From assembly GCA_016210245.1 (NCBI GenBank), contig JACQUR010000108.1:1-32602 (forward strand): 32,602 nucleotides of DNA, read 5' to 3'. The notes beneath the pieces were generated by a model. The model was not told where the DNA came from and made no database searches. It saw only the letters and a list, made by a program, of their open reading frames with translations. This DNA is from Chloroflexota bacterium (GTDB lineage Bacteria > Chloroflexota > UBA6077 > JACQUR01). Shown here piece after piece: positions 8,071-17,833 of the stretch (within the stretch, counting starts at the first letter, position 1; the number at the start of each line of letters is the position of its first letter). The position numbers and the translations under genes were made by a program.

Positions 8071-9582
8071 GTGGCACAGCACGACACGCTGGCGCAGGTG
8101 GCGGACGCCGCAGAGGCGCGGGGCGAGGGGGCGAGCACGGGGGCGGAGGACCTGCGCACGTTCCTGAGGCGGCTGCTGGAGCATGACCCGGAGCAACTCA
8201 TGGTGGTGGACCGGGCGGTCGACCCGGTTTTCGAGGCCACGGCCATCGTGGACCGCATGCGCCTGGACCCGCGCTACCCGAAGTACCCGGCCGTGCTGTT
8301 CAAGAACGTCCGGGGCTCCCGCATGCCGCTGCTCATCAACCTGCACGGCACCTACGAGCGCCTGGCCCTGAGCATCGACTCGACCGTGCAGGGCATGGTG
8401 GAGGCGTTCCGTCGGCGCGAGAGCCAGCCGCTGCCGGTCAGGCGGGTCGAGCGGAGCGAGGCGCCGGTCAAGGAGGTGATCTGGACCGGGGAAGAGGCCG
8501 ACCTGAGCAGGCTCCCACTCCTCCAGCACCAGGAGCTGGACGCGGGCAAGTTCGTGACCTCGGACGTGGCGATCGTCCGCGACCCGAAGACCGGGGCGCT
8601 GAACGCCGGAACCTACCGCGCCCAGGTCCACGGCACCAAAGAGCTGGGGTTCATGGCTGGCAGCACGCAGAACGCGCGCTATGTCATGCTCCAGTACCGC
8701 GAGCGCGGGGAGTTGATGCCGATGGCGATGGCCATCGGACACCACCCGGCCCTGCTGCTGGCCGCCAGCACCAAGCCGCCGGGCGTCGGGGGCGAGCTGG
8801 AGGTGGCGGGCGGCCTGCTGCGGCAGCCGCTGGAGGTGGTGCGTGCGGAGACGGTCGACCTGGACGTGCCCGCCCGGGCCGAGATCGTGATCGAGGGCTT
8901 CGTGGACCCGAACCCCGAGTCCTTCCGCCAGGAGGGGCCGTTCGGCGAGTACCCGCGCTACTACACCGGCACGGGGCCGCAGCCGGTATTCGCCATCACG
9001 GCCATCACCACGCGCCGCAACCCGATCTACGTCGACGTGTTCAACGCCAGCCCCGAGCACCTGGCCGTCGGCGGCCTGGCGCGCGTGGGCTACCTGTCGA
9101 ACCGGGTGCGCGACGTCTGTCCCAACGTGACCAGCGTCCATCTGCCGCTCTCCGCCAGCGCCCGCCTGCACGCCTACATCTCGATGAAGAAGCACGCCGA
9201 TGGCGAGCCCCACCTGGCCGCCTTCGCGGCCTTCGCCTGCAACCCGACCCTCAAGCTGGTGGTTGTGGTGGACGACGACATCGACGTGACCAACGAGGCG
9301 GAGGTGCTCTGGGCGCTGTCCACCCGCTTCCAGGCGGACAAGGACATGACCCTCATCCCCAACTCGGTCGGTGGCTTCCTGAACCCGCCCACCTACGCCT
9401 ATCGTCGGGACCAGAAGGGCAGTATGGAAACCAAGCTGATCTTCGACTGCACCCGCCCGGCCCCGCCGGCCAGGTTCCCGGCCCCCACCCGCGTGCCGCC
9501 CGAAGTCAGCGCGCGCATGGACCCGGGTGAGTACGTGGGGCCACTGAACGATCGAGTGCTGCGGTACGTGCGAGGGGAGTGA
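8071..9582 (+). CDS. UbiD-family prFMN-dependent (de)carboxylase ('type A')
   Basis: DLRTFL, PAVLFKNV, DAGKF, NAGTYR, EIVIEG, EGPFGEY, VVVDDDID, WALSTRFQA, IFDCT; strong GGAGGAGG RBS. Confidence 0.92.
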   Translation: MAQHDTLAQVADAAEARGEGASTGAEDLRTFLRRLLEHDPEQLMVVDRAVDPVFEATAIVDRMRLDPRYPKYPAVLFKNVRGSRMPLLINLHGTYERLALSIDSTVQGMVEAFRRRESQPLPVRRVERSEAPVKEVIWTGEEADLSRLPLLQHQELDAGKFVTSDVAIVRDPKTGALNAGTYRAQVHGTKELGFMAGSTQNARYVMLQYRERGELMPMAMAIGHHPALLLAASTKPPGVGGELEVAGGLLRQPLEVVRAETVDLDVPARAEIVIEGFVDPNPESFRQEGPFGEYPRYYTGTGPQPVFAITAITTRRNPIYVDVFNASPEHLAVGGLARVGYLSNRVRDVCPNVTSVHLPLSASARLHAYISMKKHADGEPHLAAFAAFACNPTLKLVVVVDDDIDVTNEAEVLWALSTRFQADKDMTLIPNSVGGFLNPPTYAYRRDQKGSMETKLIFDCTRPAPPARFPAPTRVPPEVSARMDPGEYVGPLNDRVLRYVRGE

Positions 9583-9584
9583 CG

Positions 9585-11096
9585 ATGGCCATCCAAGCCA
9601 GGCACGAGCTAGCGGGAGCCAGGAAACCCCTCTGGCGCGACTTGCGTGAGTGGCTCCTGTTGGTGGATGCCATCGGCGAGCTGAAAACGGTGCGTAGGGC
9701 CAGTTCCGAGGCGGACATCGGCGCTATCGCCGAGATGCTGGACCATGCCGAAGAGAGCCCGTGCGTCGTCTTCGACGACATCCCGGGCTTCGAGCCTGGC
9801 TACCGGGTGATGGTGAACGGTATGGGGACCCGGCGCCGCCAGGCGATCACCCTGGGCCTCGATCCCGAAGAGGCCACCCACGAGCGGCTGCTGGAGTTCT
9901 GGCGCGGGCTGCTGCGCGGCTTCACGCCCATCCCGCCGATCACGGTCGGGAAAGGGGCGATCCAGGAGAACGTGCTGCGGGGCGAGGAGGTGAACCTGGC
10001 GCGCTTCCCAGCCCCCATCTGGCACCCGCTCGATGGGGGCCGCTTCATCGGGACCGCGAGCATCAACATCATGCGCGATCCCGACAGCGGCGCAATCAAT
10101 GCCGGCACGTACCGCAACCAGGTCTTCGATCGAAACAGCATTGGCATTCGGGTCGTGCCCCCCCACCACGGCGGCATCATCAAAGCGAAGTACCTGCAGC
10201 GCGGGGAGCCCTGCCCGATCGTGACGGTGGTGGGGGCTGACCCACTGCTGTTCATGGCCTCGTGCGTGGAAGGGCCTGGCTTTGGGCAGAGCGAGCTGGA
10301 TTGGGCCGGGGGCGTGCGAGGCCAGCCGCTGGAGGTGATCGAAGGCGAGGTGACGGGGCTGCCGATCCCAGCCCACGCCGAGATCGCGCTCGAGGGCTTC
10401 GTCACGACCGACGAGTGGCACAAGGAAGGGCCGTACGGCGAGTGGACCGGCTACTACCAGGACGGGTACGCCCGCGACCAAGTGGTGCGGGTCCACCGGG
10501 TCTACCACAGAAACAACCCGGTCCTCCTGGGCTGCCCGCAGGGCAAGCCCCCCCACGAGGACAACCGCTTCCTGGCCTACCTGCGCGCGGGGATGATCTG
10601 GGACCAACTGGAGAAGGCCGGCGTGCCGGGCGTGCGCGGTGTCTGGAGCCCGCCCGAGGGCGCGAACCGGCTGATGACCGTGGTGGCGATCGAGCAACAG
10701 TACCCCGGGCACGCCAGGCAGGCAGCGCTCATCGCCTCTGAGTGTGCGGCTGCCGTCGACACCGGCCGCATGGTCGTGGTCGTCGACCACCACGTGGACG
10801 TCACTAACCTGCAGGATGTGGTGTGGGCGATCCTGACCCGCTGCGATCCAGCCCGTGACGTGGAGATCATCACTCGGACCCGGTCCGTTCGGACTGACAT
10901 GGCGATCGATCCCGACAAGCGGGAACTGAAGATGAACTCGCGCCTGATCGTCGATGCCACTACGCCGTTCGAGTGGAAGGACCACCCGTTGGCCGGGGAG
11001 ATCATCGCTACGCCTGAGCGAGCCCGGGCCACACGCGAGCGGTGGGGATGGATCCTGGGACAGGCACGCGGGTCGCGTGTCGCTGAATCAGACTGA
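9585..11096 (+). CDS. UbiD-family prFMN-dependent (de)carboxylase ('type B', copy 2)
   Basis: Close paralog of 108..1586 with identical stretches such as GMGTRRRQAITLGLDP and GCPQGKPPHEDNRFLAYLR; EGPYGEW motif. GTG 9579 is an alternative start. Confidence 0.9.
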   Translation: MAIQARHELAGARKPLWRDLREWLLLVDAIGELKTVRRASSEADIGAIAEMLDHAEESPCVVFDDIPGFEPGYRVMVNGMGTRRRQAITLGLDPEEATHERLLEFWRGLLRGFTPIPPITVGKGAIQENVLRGEEVNLARFPAPIWHPLDGGRFIGTASINIMRDPDSGAINAGTYRNQVFDRNSIGIRVVPPHHGGIIKAKYLQRGEPCPIVTVVGADPLLFMASCVEGPGFGQSELDWAGGVRGQPLEVIEGEVTGLPIPAHAEIALEGFVTTDEWHKEGPYGEWTGYYQDGYARDQVVRVHRVYHRNNPVLLGCPQGKPPHEDNRFLAYLRAGMIWDQLEKAGVPGVRGVWSPPEGANRLMTVVAIEQQYPGHARQAALIASECAAAVDTGRMVVVVDHHVDVTNLQDVVWAILTRCDPARDVEIITRTRSVRTDMAIDPDKRELKMNSRLIVDATTPFEWKDHPLAGEIIATPERARATRERWGWILGQARGSRVAESD

Positions 11097-11134
11097 GGGC
11101 TCAACTCTATCTTCGAAGGCCGGGAGGGAAAGAC

Positions 11135-12307
11135 ATGCACCGCTTGTGGCCAGGCATCGTCGCACTGTCGCTGCTCGCAGCCGTAGCCTGCGCGCCAACC
11201 GCACCACCGAGCCCTGCAGCCGCGCCACCCAGGCCGACGGAGAAGCCAGCCGCTGCCGCTGCGCCCGCGCAGCCGACCCCGCAGCCGGCGGCTAAACCGA
11301 CTGAGAAGCCCGCGGCTAAACCGACCGAGAAGCCCGCCGCCAAGCCGACCGAGAAGCCCGCCGCCAGGCCGGAAGACATCAAGGTGCCGAAGCCGAGCGG
11401 CAACCTGGCTATCAAGGCCGGCCATCCGTCGAGCATCTCGTTCTACGAGGCGCCCCAGATGATGACGCACGAGCGCCTCAACAAGGACGGCTGGAAGATC
11501 GAGGACGTGCTCTTCACTCGCACCGATCTGGGCGCCATCGCGCTCAACGAGGGGAAGATCGACCTCTATATTTCCGTGCCCCTGGACCCGCTCCGGGCTA
11601 TCCAGAAGGGCGGCAAGCTCCGCTGGCTCACAGAGAACAATCCTGGCGAGTTCGTGTTGATCGCCAAGACATCGATCGCCAGGTGCGAGGACTTGAATGG
11701 CAAGCGGCTCGCCCTGCACAACGAGGTCGGCAACACCACCCTGCTGACGAAGCAGTGGATCTTGAGCACCTGCAAGGCGACGCCAAACTACCTCATCATT
11801 CCCGGTGGAGAGAACCGGGTGGTGGCGCTCATGAACGATCAGGTCGACGCCACGTACGTCCAGTTGGGAGATTGGCTCGGCCTTGACGCCCAGGCACCGG
11901 GCAAGTTTCACGTGCTGACAAGCGGCGAGGCGTACAAGATCAGCGGCTCTGGCTTCTGGGCGAACACCGAATGGCTGCAGAAGAATGCAGACGTGGCAAC
12001 CGCCTACGTCGCAGAACTGCTCAAGACCTACCGCATGATCGCCGCCAATCCCAAGCTGCTCGAGGAGGTCGTCCCAAAATACGTGCCGGACCTCGATCGG
12101 AAGGTGCTGCCCACGACGATCAAGGCCTACCTCGACATAGGAAGTTTCCCGGCCAACGGGGGCGACCTGTCGATGCTCGAAGGGGGGATCAGGTTCTTTC
12201 AGGAACAAGGTGAGCTGCAACCAGGTCTGGAGGCTGGGAAGATCGCCGACAGCACAGTCCTCCAGAACGCCTTGAAGATCATCGGCAAGGTGCCGGGCCA
12301 ACGTTAG
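11135..12307 (+). CDS. ABC transporter substrate-binding lipoprotein, SsuA/TauA/THI5-like (paralog 1)
   Basis: Lipobox AVAC, PTEKPAAK linker, DLNGKRLA, RVVALMNDQVDA; paralogous to three downstream proteins. Confidence 0.82.
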   Translation: MHRLWPGIVALSLLAAVACAPTAPPSPAAAPPRPTEKPAAAAAPAQPTPQPAAKPTEKPAAKPTEKPAAKPTEKPAARPEDIKVPKPSGNLAIKAGHPSSISFYEAPQMMTHERLNKDGWKIEDVLFTRTDLGAIALNEGKIDLYISVPLDPLRAIQKGGKLRWLTENNPGEFVLIAKTSIARCEDLNGKRLALHNEVGNTTLLTKQWILSTCKATPNYLIIPGGENRVVALMNDQVDATYVQLGDWLGLDAQAPGKFHVLTSGEAYKISGSGFWANTEWLQKNADVATAYVAELLKTYRMIAANPKLLEEVVPKYVPDLDRKVLPTTIKAYLDIGSFPANGGDLSMLEGGIRFFQEQGELQPGLEAGKIADSTVLQNALKIIGKVPGQR

Positions 12308-12310
12308 GGA

Positions 12311-12402
12311 GATTTCGGGTTTCAGGTTGCAGATTTGAGACCCAGGGGTCAGAATCTGCAGTCCGCAGCCAATCTGCGATCTCAACTCTGAACTCTGCAA
12401 TC
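12311..12402. repeat. Degenerate inverted heptamer array (GATTTCG/GATTTGA ... AATCTGC/ACTCTGC)
   Basis: 7-nt periodicity on both sides with an imperfect stem; ends at the AAGGAGGAGG RBS. Confidence 0.65.
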
Positions 12403-12423
12403 AAGAAGGAGGAGGCAACCTCG

Positions 12424-13599
12424 ATGCACCCAAGGTGGCTTGCCATTGCAGTCGTGTCCCTGTTCGTGGTCGGCACTGCTTGCGCGCCAGCGGCGGCGCC
12501 CAGCCCGACGGCCGCTCCGGCGAAGCCGGCGGCGACGACCGCGCCGGCCCAGCCGGCGCCAACCGCGGCACCGGCCAAGCCGGCGGCAACCGCAGCGCCC
12601 GCCAAGCCGGCGGCGACGGCCGCGCCGGCCAAGCCGGCCGAGAAGCCCGCGACCAAGCCTGAGGACATCAAGATCCCCAAGCCGAGCGGCAACCTGAACC
12701 TCAAGATCGGCCACCCGTCCAGCATCTCCTTCTACGACGTGCCGACTCAGGTCACCCACGAGCGGCTCAAGAAGGATGGCTGGACCATCGAGAGCGTCCA
12801 GTTCACCCGCACCGACCTCAACACCCAGGCGCTCAGCCAGGGCACGGTCCAGATCTCCATCTCCCAGATCCTCGATCCGCTGCGGGTCTTCGAGAAGGGC
12901 GGCAAGGTTTCCTGGCTCATGGAGCACAACGGCGGCGAGTTCGTGATGATCGCCAAGAACGAGATCAAGACCTGCAAGGACATGGACGGCACGAAGTTCG
13001 CCATCCACGGCGACACCGCGACGACATCTGTAGCCAGCAGGGACTGGCTGCTCAACCAGTGCAAGGTCAAGCCAAACATCCTGGTGATTCCCGGCGGAGA
13101 GAACCGCATCGTCGCCCTGGCGAACAACCAGATCGACGGCACGCAGGTCCAGTTGGCCGACTGGATCAACCTGGACGCCAAGGCGCCGGGCAAGTTCCAC
13201 GTCATCGACACCGGCGGGCTCTACAACATCAGCGGGGCCGGGCTCTGGGCCAACAACGAGTGGCTGGAGAAGAACCAGGACGTGGGCATCGCCTACATCG
13301 CCGAGACGCTCAAGACGTTCCGGATGATCCACGCCAACCCGAAGATCATCGAGGACGCCGTGCTGAAGTACGTGCCGGACACGCCGAAGGACGCGGTCGC
13401 CCCCTCCGTCAAGGCCTACCTGGACATCGTGAAGGCCTGGCCGCAGAACGGCGGCGACACGGCCATGCTGGAGGACACGATCAAGTTCTTCACCCCGCTG
13501 GGTGAGCTGCAGCCGGGCATGGACGCCAAGAAGCTGATCAACACCCGCGTGCTCGAGGAGGCGTTGAAGCTTGTCGGCAAGGTGCCAGGCGCGCGCTAG
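12424..13599 (+). CDS. ABC transporter substrate-binding lipoprotein, SsuA/TauA/THI5-like (paralog 2)
   Basis: Lipobox GTAC, (PAKPAATAA)n linker, KIGHPSSISFYD, GGENRIVAL. Confidence 0.82.
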   Translation: MHPRWLAIAVVSLFVVGTACAPAAAPSPTAAPAKPAATTAPAQPAPTAAPAKPAATAAPAKPAATAAPAKPAEKPATKPEDIKIPKPSGNLNLKIGHPSSISFYDVPTQVTHERLKKDGWTIESVQFTRTDLNTQALSQGTVQISISQILDPLRVFEKGGKVSWLMEHNGGEFVMIAKNEIKTCKDMDGTKFAIHGDTATTSVASRDWLLNQCKVKPNILVIPGGENRIVALANNQIDGTQVQLADWINLDAKAPGKFHVIDTGGLYNISGAGLWANNEWLEKNQDVGIAYIAETLKTFRMIHANPKIIEDAVLKYVPDTPKDAVAPSVKAYLDIVKAWPQNGGDTAMLEDTIKFFTPLGELQPGMDAKKLINTRVLEEALKLVGKVPGAR

Positions 13600-13612
13600 T
13601 GTTCCGAGCGGT

Positions 13613-13644
13613 TGTAGGGGCAGACCTGCGTGTCCGCCCCTACA
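13613..13644. repeat. GTAG-type REP palindrome
   Basis: TGTAGGGGCAGACCTGCGTGTCCGCCCCTACA; nearly identical to 24613-24640. Confidence 0.85.
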
Positions 13645-13695
13645 GGTGAGTGGAATGCGGTTCGGAGAATCCGCTTCAGGAGACGGCGAGCAGAG

Positions 13696-14652
13696 ATGTC
13701 CCTGCAACTGAGCATGACTTGCGGCTCATACGACCGCAATCAGGCGCTGCTCGACGGCCGGGTCAAGCCCGAAGGGATCGACCTGTACATCCACGTCAAC
13801 TCGCACGATCCCAGCCGCCAGGCTCAGGCCCGCGCGGGCAAGTTCGACGTGTGCGAGTTCTACACAGGCATCTACCTCGCCGACGTGCCTTACCAAACGC
13901 TCGGGTTCACCGCGATACCGATCTTCGTCAAGCGTATGTTTCGGCACTCCTACATCTATGTCAATAAGCGGGCTGGCATCCGGTCGCCTGCCGACCTCAA
14001 CGGCAAGCGGGTCAGCGTCCAGACATGGTTCACCACCACGGCACTCTGGGCGCGCGGCATTCTGGAGGACGAGTATGGGGTGGACCTGAAGTCGATCACC
14101 TGGGTGGCTGAGCGCCCGGCGCGCGTGGGTGATTGGCGGCCACCTTCCTGGCTCAAGCTGGAGGCGGCACCCAGTGGCGCGACCGCCCACGAGATGCTAG
14201 CCGCGGGCGCGCTCGACGCGGCTATCACCACCGGCACATGGGCACCCGACGGACACCCGGACATCGACTTCCTGTTCCCGAACTACGCGGAGCTGGAGCG
14301 GGACTATTTCCGACGAACCGGCTTCTTCCCGATCATGCACACGCTGCTCATCCGGACAGCAGTGCTGGAGCGCCACCCCTGGGTGGCGATGAGCATGTTC
14401 AACGCCTGGCAGGAGTCCAAGCAACTGTGCTACAAGTGGCTGGAATGGCAGCGGGTTCACCAGACGTCGATGTGGTTCCGAGCGCTGTGGGAAGAAGAAC
14501 GGTCCGCGGCAGGCGCGGACCTCTACCCCTGGGGCTTGCGCAAGACGCGCCCGGAAGTGGCCAGGATACTGGAGTATGCCTACCGGCAGGGTCTCACCCC
14601 GCGCGAGCTCGAGCCGGAGGAACTGTTCCATTCAAGCACACTCGCCACGTGA
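13696..14652 (+). CDS. 4,5-dihydroxyphthalate decarboxylase-like protein (substrate-binding-protein fold, no signal peptide)
   Basis: Family-typical segments YDRNQALLDGRVKPEGID, FDVCE, AIPIFVKRMFRHS, DLNGKRV, WARGIL, YFRRTGFFPIMH, YPWG. Start moved to ATG 13696 because the upstream ORF part is REP-derived. Confidence 0.8.
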   Translation: MSLQLSMTCGSYDRNQALLDGRVKPEGIDLYIHVNSHDPSRQAQARAGKFDVCEFYTGIYLADVPYQTLGFTAIPIFVKRMFRHSYIYVNKRAGIRSPADLNGKRVSVQTWFTTTALWARGILEDEYGVDLKSITWVAERPARVGDWRPPSWLKLEAAPSGATAHEMLAAGALDAAITTGTWAPDGHPDIDFLFPNYAELERDYFRRTGFFPIMHTLLIRTAVLERHPWVAMSMFNAWQESKQLCYKWLEWQRVHQTSMWFRALWEEERSAAGADLYPWGLRKTRPEVARILEYAYRQGLTPRELEPEELFHSSTLAT

Positions 14653-14653
14653 G

Positions 14654-14690
14654 GCAGTAGACAGCAGGCAGAAAGCAGAGGGCAGGAAGA
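14654..14690. repeat. Degenerate heptamer run (GCAGTAG ACAGCAG GCAGAAA GCAGAGG)
   Basis: 7-nt periodicity of CAG directly after the stop codon. Confidence 0.5.
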
Positions 14691-14840
14691 AGCGGCGACC
14701 GGCTGGGCTGGAAGCGCGAGGGACTGTCGTTCTGCAGTGAAGGCACAAGCGTACCGGCGCACAGGGTCATAGGTCACGGTCCAGGGCTACCAGGGGCATT
14801 CGCTTCACCGTCGTGAATGAAATGCTGGGGGGGAAACCCG

Positions 14841-16010
14841 ATGAGCGGTTTGTGGCCCACCTTGCTCGTGGCGTTCATGCTTGCGTTCTCGGCCATCGCC
14901 TGCGCGCCAGCCGCGCCGCCGAGCCCTACGGCGGCGCCACTGAAGCCAACCGAGAAGCCGGCGGCCACCGCTGCGCCCGCCAAGCCGGCGGAGAAGCCGG
15001 CCGCGAAGCCGGCGGCCACGGCTGCGCCCGCCAAGCCGGCCGAGAAGCCGACCGAGCAGCCGGCCATCAGGCCGGAAGACCTCAAGATCCCGAAGCCGAG
15101 CGGCAACCTCAGCCTCAAGGTGGGCCATCCGTCCACCATCTCCTTCTACGACGTGCCCACCCAGATCACGCACGAGCGGCTCAAGAAAGACGGCTGGTCG
15201 ATCGAGAGCGTCCAGTTCACCCGAACGGACCTCAACACGCAGGCGCTGGCCCAGGGAACGGTCCAGGTCTCCATTGCCCTGAGCGTCGACCCGCTGCGGG
15301 TGGTCGAGAAGGGCGGCAAGATCAAGTGGCTCACGGAGAACACGCCGGGCGAGTTCGTCATGATTGCCAGGAAGGACATCGCCCGCTGTGAGGACCTATC
15401 TGGCAAGAAGTTCGCCATCCACGGGGAGACCTCTGGCACGTCCCTGTCGGCCATGAAGTGGATCAAGGACGTGTGCAAGGCCTCGCCCACCATCATCGTC
15501 GTGCCCGGCGGTGAAAACCGCATCGTCGCCCTCAGGAACGAGCAGATCGATGCCACGCTGGTCCAGTTGGCGGACTGGCTCAACCTGGAGGCGCAGGCGC
15601 CCGGCAAGTTCCACGTGATCGTCTCGGGCGGGCCGTTCAATATCAGCGGATCGGGCTTCTGGGTGAACGTGGACTGGCTGGAGAAGAACCGCGAGCTGGC
15701 CACGGCCTACGTGGCCGAGACGCTCAAGACGTACCGCATGATCTACGCAACGCCGAAACTGCTCGAGGACGTCGTGGTAAAGTACGTGCCAGACACCAAG
15801 CCCGAGGTGGTGCCCGCGACGGTGAAGGCTTACCTGGGCATCGGCGCCTGGCCGCGGAATGGCGGCGATACCTCGATGCTCAAGGAGACGATCCAGTTCT
15901 TCACCGAACGCGACGAGCTGAAGCCAGGTATGGAAGCAAGCAAGCTCGTCGAGTCCAGCGTCCTCGAGAACGCGCTGAAGATAGTCGGCAAGGTGGCGGG
16001 AGTGCGGTAG
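14841..16010 (+). CDS. ABC transporter substrate-binding lipoprotein, SsuA/TauA/THI5-like (paralog 3)
   Basis: Lipobox AIAC, Pro/Ala/Lys linker, HERLKKDGWSIESVQFTRTDL nearly identical to paralog 2. Confidence 0.82.
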   Translation: MSGLWPTLLVAFMLAFSAIACAPAAPPSPTAAPLKPTEKPAATAAPAKPAEKPAAKPAATAAPAKPAEKPTEQPAIRPEDLKIPKPSGNLSLKVGHPSTISFYDVPTQITHERLKKDGWSIESVQFTRTDLNTQALAQGTVQVSIALSVDPLRVVEKGGKIKWLTENTPGEFVMIARKDIARCEDLSGKKFAIHGETSGTSLSAMKWIKDVCKASPTIIVVPGGENRIVALRNEQIDATLVQLADWLNLEAQAPGKFHVIVSGGPFNISGSGFWVNVDWLEKNRELATAYVAETLKTYRMIYATPKLLEDVVVKYVPDTKPEVVPATVKAYLGIGAWPRNGGDTSMLKETIQFFTERDELKPGMEASKLVESSVLENALKIVGKVAGVR

Positions 16011-16013
16011 CAC

Positions 16014-16076
16014 TCAGTGGTCAGTGGTCAGTAGTCAGTTGACTGCTGACCACTGACCACTGGCCACTGACCACTG
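16014..16076. repeat. Inverted heptamer array (TCAGTGG)n ... (TGACCAC)n
   Basis: Arms 16014-16039 and 16040-16076; runs into the GGAGG RBS. Confidence 0.88.
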
Positions 16077-16085
16077 GAGGCAGGC

Positions 16086-16886
16086 ATGAAGGCAGCAGCG
16101 GCGGCGCGCAAGAGCAGGCGAGAGGAGGCCATCGCGGCCTGGAGACTCCGCATCGTGGTCTTCGCCCTTTTCGTGGCAGTGTGGGAGCTGTCGGCCAGGC
16201 GCATGGAGAACCTGCTCATCCCGACCTTTACCGAGATGGTCGGGGGCTTCGTCCGGCTCGTGTTCGTGACCGGCAGGGTCTGGGAGCCGCTGCTGATCAG
16301 CAACCAGGCGCTGGTGCTCGGCTACCTCCTCTCGGTGGTGATGGGCATTCCCCTGGGCCTGGCCGCGGGGCGGAGCCGCTGGATCAACCGGCTGATGAAT
16401 CCCTACATCGGCCTCGTGCTTGCGGTGCCGGTGGCGCCGCTCATCCCCATCCTGATCACCGCGCTGGGCCTGGGGCTGGCCTCGCGGGTCGTGCTGGTCG
16501 TGCTGTTCGCCTTCATCTTCATCACGGTCAACACCCGCGCCGGTGTGCGGAACGTCGACCCGTCGTTGATCGAGATGGCCCAATCCTTTGGGGCCAACGA
16601 GGGGCAGATCTGGCGAAAGATCGTGATCCCGGGCGCCGTGCCTGCGATCTTCGCCGGCCTGCGCATCGGGCTCGGACGAGCGATCGCGGGCATGGTCATC
16701 GTCGAATTGCTCCTGGTAGCGACCGGCGTGGGCCGCCTGCTGCTGGAGTTCGCCGGACGCCTCCAGGCGGACCTCGTGTTCGCCACCGTGTTCGCCATCA
16801 TCGTCGAGGCGGTGGTGCTCGTGACGGCGATGCAGGTGGTGGAGCGGAAGGTGGCGCCCTGGGCGCACGACGTGGCGCTGGGCTGA
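16086..16886 (+). CDS. ABC transporter permease, SsuC/TauC-like (type P1, copy 1)
   Basis: Multiple TM helices, EAA loop (LIEMAQSFGA), AIFAGLRIGLG. Confidence 0.9.
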   Translation: MKAAAAARKSRREEAIAAWRLRIVVFALFVAVWELSARRMENLLIPTFTEMVGGFVRLVFVTGRVWEPLLISNQALVLGYLLSVVMGIPLGLAAGRSRWINRLMNPYIGLVLAVPVAPLIPILITALGLGLASRVVLVVLFAFIFITVNTRAGVRNVDPSLIEMAQSFGANEGQIWRKIVIPGAVPAIFAGLRIGLGRAIAGMVIVELLLVATGVGRLLLEFAGRLQADLVFATVFAIIVEAVVLVTAMQVVERKVAPWAHDVALG

Positions 16887-16905
16887 ACCGATCAGAAGGT
16901 GGATC

Positions 16906-16971
16906 GGGCTGCCGTCCTGAAGGGCGGACCTGGGGAGACCAGACAAGGTCCGCTCTTCAGGACGGCAGCCC
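16906..16971. repeat. REP-like palindrome of the CCTGAAGGGCGG family
   Basis: 16906-16931 and 16946-16971 are reverse complements with one mismatch. Confidence 0.88.
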
Positions 16972-17020
16972 AGGGACCTGGCAGATCAGCAGGTTGACCT
17001 GCTGGGCGGAGAGGGACACC

Positions 17021-17827
17021 ATGGCGGGGGCTACGGCTGAGGTCTTGAAGGTTCGACGGGTGAGCCGGCCGCGCGCGCTCTGGCGGCCGCTCCGGGAAAA
17101 CGCCATCGAGGGACTGGCGTTGCTCGGAGGCGTGCTCCTCTGGGAGGCGTGCGGCTGGCTGCTGCCGCTGCCCTGGCTGCCGCCGTTCTCGCACGTCGTG
17201 GCAGCGCTTGCCCAGTTCATTGAAAGCGGCGTGATCGGCGCGAACGTGGCCGTGAGCTTGCAAGGACTGGCCATCGGGTTCGGGTTCTCGCTGGTGGTCG
17301 GGCTGACGGTCGGCGCGCTCATGGGTCGCTATCGACGCGTGGAGCAGGCGCTGGACGTGTACGTCTACGCCATGTTGCTCTCGCCGTCGATGGTCTTTGC
17401 GCCCATCTTCTTCGCCATCTTTGGTCTGTCGGACATGGCGCGCATCGCCGTGATCGTCATGTACGCCCTGTTCGTCATCATCATCAACACCAGCACCGGA
17501 GTGCGCACTGTCGATCCTGCGCTGGTCGAGATGGCCCGCTCCTTTGGCGCCGGCGAGCGGCAGCTCTTCCTGCGCATCCTGCTGCCCGCCTCCTTGCCGC
17601 TCGTCTTTGCCGGGATTCGACTGGGCATGGGCCGGGCGGTCAAGGGCATGATCAACGGCGAGATGTTCATCGCCCTGGTGGGGCTGGGCGCCCTGGCGCA
17701 GAAGTACGGCAGCCAGTTCGAGGCCTCGAAGGTGTTCGCCATCGCGCTGGTCGTCCTGATCGTGGCCCTGTTCGCGAACTGGATTGTGCAAATCATCGAG
17801 CAACGGCTTACGCGCTGGGCCGACTGA
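17021..17827 (+). CDS. ABC transporter permease, SsuC/TauC-like (type P2, copy 1)
   Basis: TM helices, EAA loop (LVEMARSFGA), FAGIRLGMGRAVKG. ATG 17021 follows GGAGAGG and matches the start of paralog 20318..21124. Confidence 0.9.
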   Translation: MAGATAEVLKVRRVSRPRALWRPLRENAIEGLALLGGVLLWEACGWLLPLPWLPPFSHVVAALAQFIESGVIGANVAVSLQGLAIGFGFSLVVGLTVGALMGRYRRVEQALDVYVYAMLLSPSMVFAPIFFAIFGLSDMARIAVIVMYALFVIIINTSTGVRTVDPALVEMARSFGAGERQLFLRILLPASLPLVFAGIRLGMGRAVKGMINGEMFIALVGLGALAQKYGSQFEASKVFAIALVVLIVALFANWIVQIIEQRLTRWAD

Positions 17828-17833
17828 TGGCTC

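Noticed and set aside
108-11096. Assigning ubiD as a ubiquinone/menaquinone biosynthesis gene
   Set aside because: Multiple divergent paralogs in a transport and catabolic context with no quinone-pathway neighbours; only family-level calls are supported.
16181-17827. 548-aa ORF as one protein
   Set aside because: The first 280 codons overlap the upstream permease out of frame and cross a REP; the paralog and RBS support a start at 17021.
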